Shown: one piece after another, positions 41,668 to 43,544 of the stretch
How positions within the stretch are numbered: position 1 is the stretch's first letter
Layout of the letters: each line of letters opens with the position of its first letter
Origin: a virus
Lineage: Duplodnaviria; Caudoviricetes
IMG/VR virus record: IMGVR_UViG_3300033406_000015
Span: 1-43,544 of that record
Reading direction: 5' to 3' (one strand)
Length of the DNA stretch: 43,544 nucleotides
Program-made: the position numbers and the translations under genes
Notes under the pieces: generated by a model
Databases searched by the model: none
What the model saw: only the letters and a program-made list of their open reading frames with translations
What the model was told of the DNA's origin: nothing

Positions 41668-42123
41668 ATGGGGCCGCTCATCCTCTACTACTGGCGAGGC
41701 ACAGGGCCGCTCGCGTGGCTGGTCAGGACGGCCACCCAGAGCCCCTGGGACCATGTGGCTGTGGGAGTGGAATTGGGCGGTGTCCCGTGCTGCGTCGAGT
41801 CCGTCCTCGGCAAGGGGGTGCGGCTGATCCCCCGGGACCTCGACCCCCCGGACGCCAGCCAAGAAACAGGGCTCTACTGGAACCGGGCCAGGGCGGGGGA
41901 TGTGCTTCAGGAGCTTGGCCAGCCCTACGACATCTTAGACGGAGTTAGGGCGGCGCTAGGGCTTGCCCCCAAACATCGCGGCCTGGAGTGTGCCGAACTG
42001 GCCCTGAGGGCACTCCAGGCGGCAGGGCTGACACTGGACGCCTTGCCGACACCGCAGAGGGTCGCGGAGGCAGTCGAAGCCACTACGGGCTATTCCGTCT
42101 CATCCTTCTCTGGCAGGGCGTGA
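41668..42123 (+). CDS. permuted papain-like amidase (YiiX/YaeF-like NlpC/P60)
   Basis: His-before-Cys order: SPWDHVAV...LGQPYD...ECAEL. Confidence 0.7.
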   Translation: MGPLILYYWRGTGPLAWLVRTATQSPWDHVAVGVELGGVPCCVESVLGKGVRLIPRDLDPPDASQETGLYWNRARAGDVLQELGQPYDILDGVRAALGLAPKHRGLECAELALRALQAAGLTLDALPTPQRVAEAVEATTGYSVSSFSGRA

Positions 42124-42308
42124 CGCTTCCGTAGGTATTCCACCACGGCTTCACGGACGAACCGCTGGAGGCTCCATCCCTGGGCCTCCATGTGAGCCTT
42201 GATGGCCGTCATCAATGTTGTGGGGAACCAAACGGTTTTCTTCACGCCAGGGTCCTTCTCGGCCACACCAGGGCGACCAGGAAGGGTGCGGAAGGGTTTA
42301 GGTGCCAT
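42090..42308 (-). CDS. ribbon-helix-helix DNA-binding protein
   Basis: KKTVWFPTTLMTAIKAH...SLQRFVREAVVEYL; GGAGG SD. Confidence 0.68.
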   Translation of the reverse strand: MAPKPFRTLPGRPGVAEKDPGVKKTVWFPTTLMTAIKAHMEAQGWSLQRFVREAVVEYLRKRHALPEKDETE

Positions 42309-42340
42309 TCCTCCAGCGTCCCAATGAGGCGCGGCCTGGT

Positions 42341-42955
42341 CTACCGCGATAAATGCTCGGAGTATTTATCGGTCAAAATAGCCGTTGAGGCAAGGAGCGC
42401 AAGCCGCCTCTGCTCGTTCGGTCGCCAATCTCCCCGTCTTGCGGCCTGGACCATGATGCCAATAGCTGAATCAACTGCAGCCTTCACATGCAGCGGATCC
42501 GACCTAACACCCTCTCCGCATCCCGCCACGATGGCTTGCCCCAGTGACTCGACTACGGAAAGCCAAGCGGAGATCTCGAGCCCCGGAGAGGCGGCAGAGG
42601 CCGCAATCATGGCAGGGTGGTGCAGCGCGACCCACGGCCCAGCCTCGGCACCCCATAGATGGTGAATAAGCCTGAACCACGGTTTAGGCCATTCCCCGTA
42701 ATCCGGCCAGACCTGCATCATTGTCTTGGCCCCGGTAACCAGGTGGGACAGGTGGCGCCTCACCAACATCCTCCTGATGTAGTCCGGATGCCCCATGTAG
42801 TTGTAGACCCATGTGATGCTCTGGCCAGTCGCTTCAGCGATACGAGCTGCCGTGAAGTCATAGGGGTATTTCCGAAGCAGATGCGCTGCGGCGTTCTTGG
42901 CTTCTTCAAGGCGCGGTGCATCGCCCAAGAGCCGTTTCGGACCCTGACCCGACAC
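42341..42955 (-). CDS. TetR/AcrR-like HTH regulator
   Basis: AAAHLL...FTAARIAEATGQSITWVYNYM followed by a helical domain. Confidence 0.6.
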   Translation of the reverse strand: MSGQGPKRLLGDAPRLEEAKNAAAHLLRKYPYDFTAARIAEATGQSITWVYNYMGHPDYIRRMLVRRHLSHLVTGAKTMMQVWPDYGEWPKPWFRLIHHLWGAEAGPWVALHHPAMIAASAASPGLEISAWLSVVESLGQAIVAGCGEGVRSDPLHVKAAVDSAIGIMVQAARRGDWRPNEQRRLALLASTAILTDKYSEHLSR

Positions 42956-43116
42956 ACTTCCCCCGGTGGTATTTTATCGACCTTCCCACCCGTAAAGGAG
43001 TAAGCAATGTTTTCCCAATGGGTTGCGACTTGTAAAAAGTTGGCATTCCCAGTTTGGTTAGGTTATTCAACCCTCATGCCAGGATGATTTCAATCTCGAA
43101 TATTGTGGGAGCGTCA

Positions 43117-43311
43117 ATGGACACCATCACCGAAACGGCATGGTCAATGTATAGAATGCGGGTCAGTTTGGTTGCCGAACTGCTGGATGACGCGCTCTAT
43201 TGGCCTCCTTGCGAGGAACACGACTTCGGCATCATCCTGGCTGGCTCCGAGGCCGCAGCCGAGAGGATGCTGGAGAAGGTGATCGCGGAGAGGGTGGGGA
43301 AGGCGGGGTAG
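43117..43311 (+). CDS. small acidic hypothetical protein
   Basis: GGGAG SD, MDTITETAW...; start uncertain. Confidence 0.45.
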   Translation: MDTITETAWSMYRMRVSLVAELLDDALYWPPCEEHDFGIILAGSEAAAERMLEKVIAERVGKAG

Positions 43312-43336
43312 GCATTTTTTCTACCCTTCGCATTCA

Positions 43337-43355
43337 TGGGGCAGATTTTGGGGCA
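43337..43355 (+). promoter_or_regulatory. putative integrase arm-type sites at the right end
   Basis: TGGGGCA at 43337 and 43349, same motif and spacing as 227-257. Confidence 0.55.
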
Positions 43356-43417
43356 GGTTTGAATAGACTTCCTGTTAAGTGTTGGTGATAGGCGTGATGT
43401 CGCGCTTGTTCGGTGGA

Positions 43418-43436
43418 GGGTGGGGCCACCAAGAAA
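43418..43436 (+). repeat. attR core (displaced tRNA 3' end)
   Basis: Identical to 109-127. Confidence 0.92.
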
Positions 43437-43464
43437 AACAGCCACTTAGGGTGGCTGTTTCCTT
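43436..43464 (+). terminator. native host terminator of the tRNA, probably bidirectional
   Basis: AAACAGCCAC-TTAGG-GTGGCTGTTT perfect 10-bp stem right after attR. Confidence 0.8.
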
Positions 43465-43544
43465 GTCATCTCTGCTCGCCTGCGGGAAGCTTCAGCGTCC
43501 TGACATCTTCCCCTGCAGTTCGGCGATGGCTTTGACGGGATCCG

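Larger units (their letters stand above)
109..43436. mobile_element. complete temperate siphovirus-like prophage
   Basis: Bounded by 19-bp direct repeats of the tRNA 3' end; contains integrase, immunity, replication, packaging, lysis, head and tail modules. Confidence 0.95.

Noticed and set aside
43492-43544. Naming the host gene ending at the right edge (minus strand ...DPVKAIAELQGKMSGR*)
   Set aside because: Only 16 codons are visible, too few to identify the gene or the host

Overview
The window is essentially one complete, apparently intact ~43.3 kb temperate siphovirus-like prophage. It is integrated at the 3' end of a CAT-anticodon tRNA (47-122, most likely tRNA-Ile2), with a 19-bp att core repeated at 109-127 and 43418-43436. 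Gene order: P4-type tyrosine integrase; a long leftward early operon (AlpA excisionase, about 20 small genes, Rad52-like annealase); an immunity region (XRE repressor, ImmA/IrrE protease, membrane/lipoprotein morons, cro, cII); replication and nin genes; terminase; a Mor-like activator; a lysis cassette placed unusually between terL and portal; head genes; lambda-like tail genes; and a few right-end accessory genes. Two things stand out. (1) The first large early gene (8381-9466) looks like a miniature ice-nucleation protein, with an InaZ-like N-domain, about 23 GGxxSTLT octapeptides and an InaZ-like C-cap. (2) About ten small, mostly unrelated early genes (1956-4120) share a conserved junction sequence encoding REAL(E/G)(G/R) and carrying the next gene's Shine-Dalgarno. 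The array includes a visible recombination scar, and the immunity morons show similar junction repeats, suggesting a microhomology-driven gene-cassette system. All protein assignments come from motif recognition by eye; no database searches were run and the host cannot be identified from the window.
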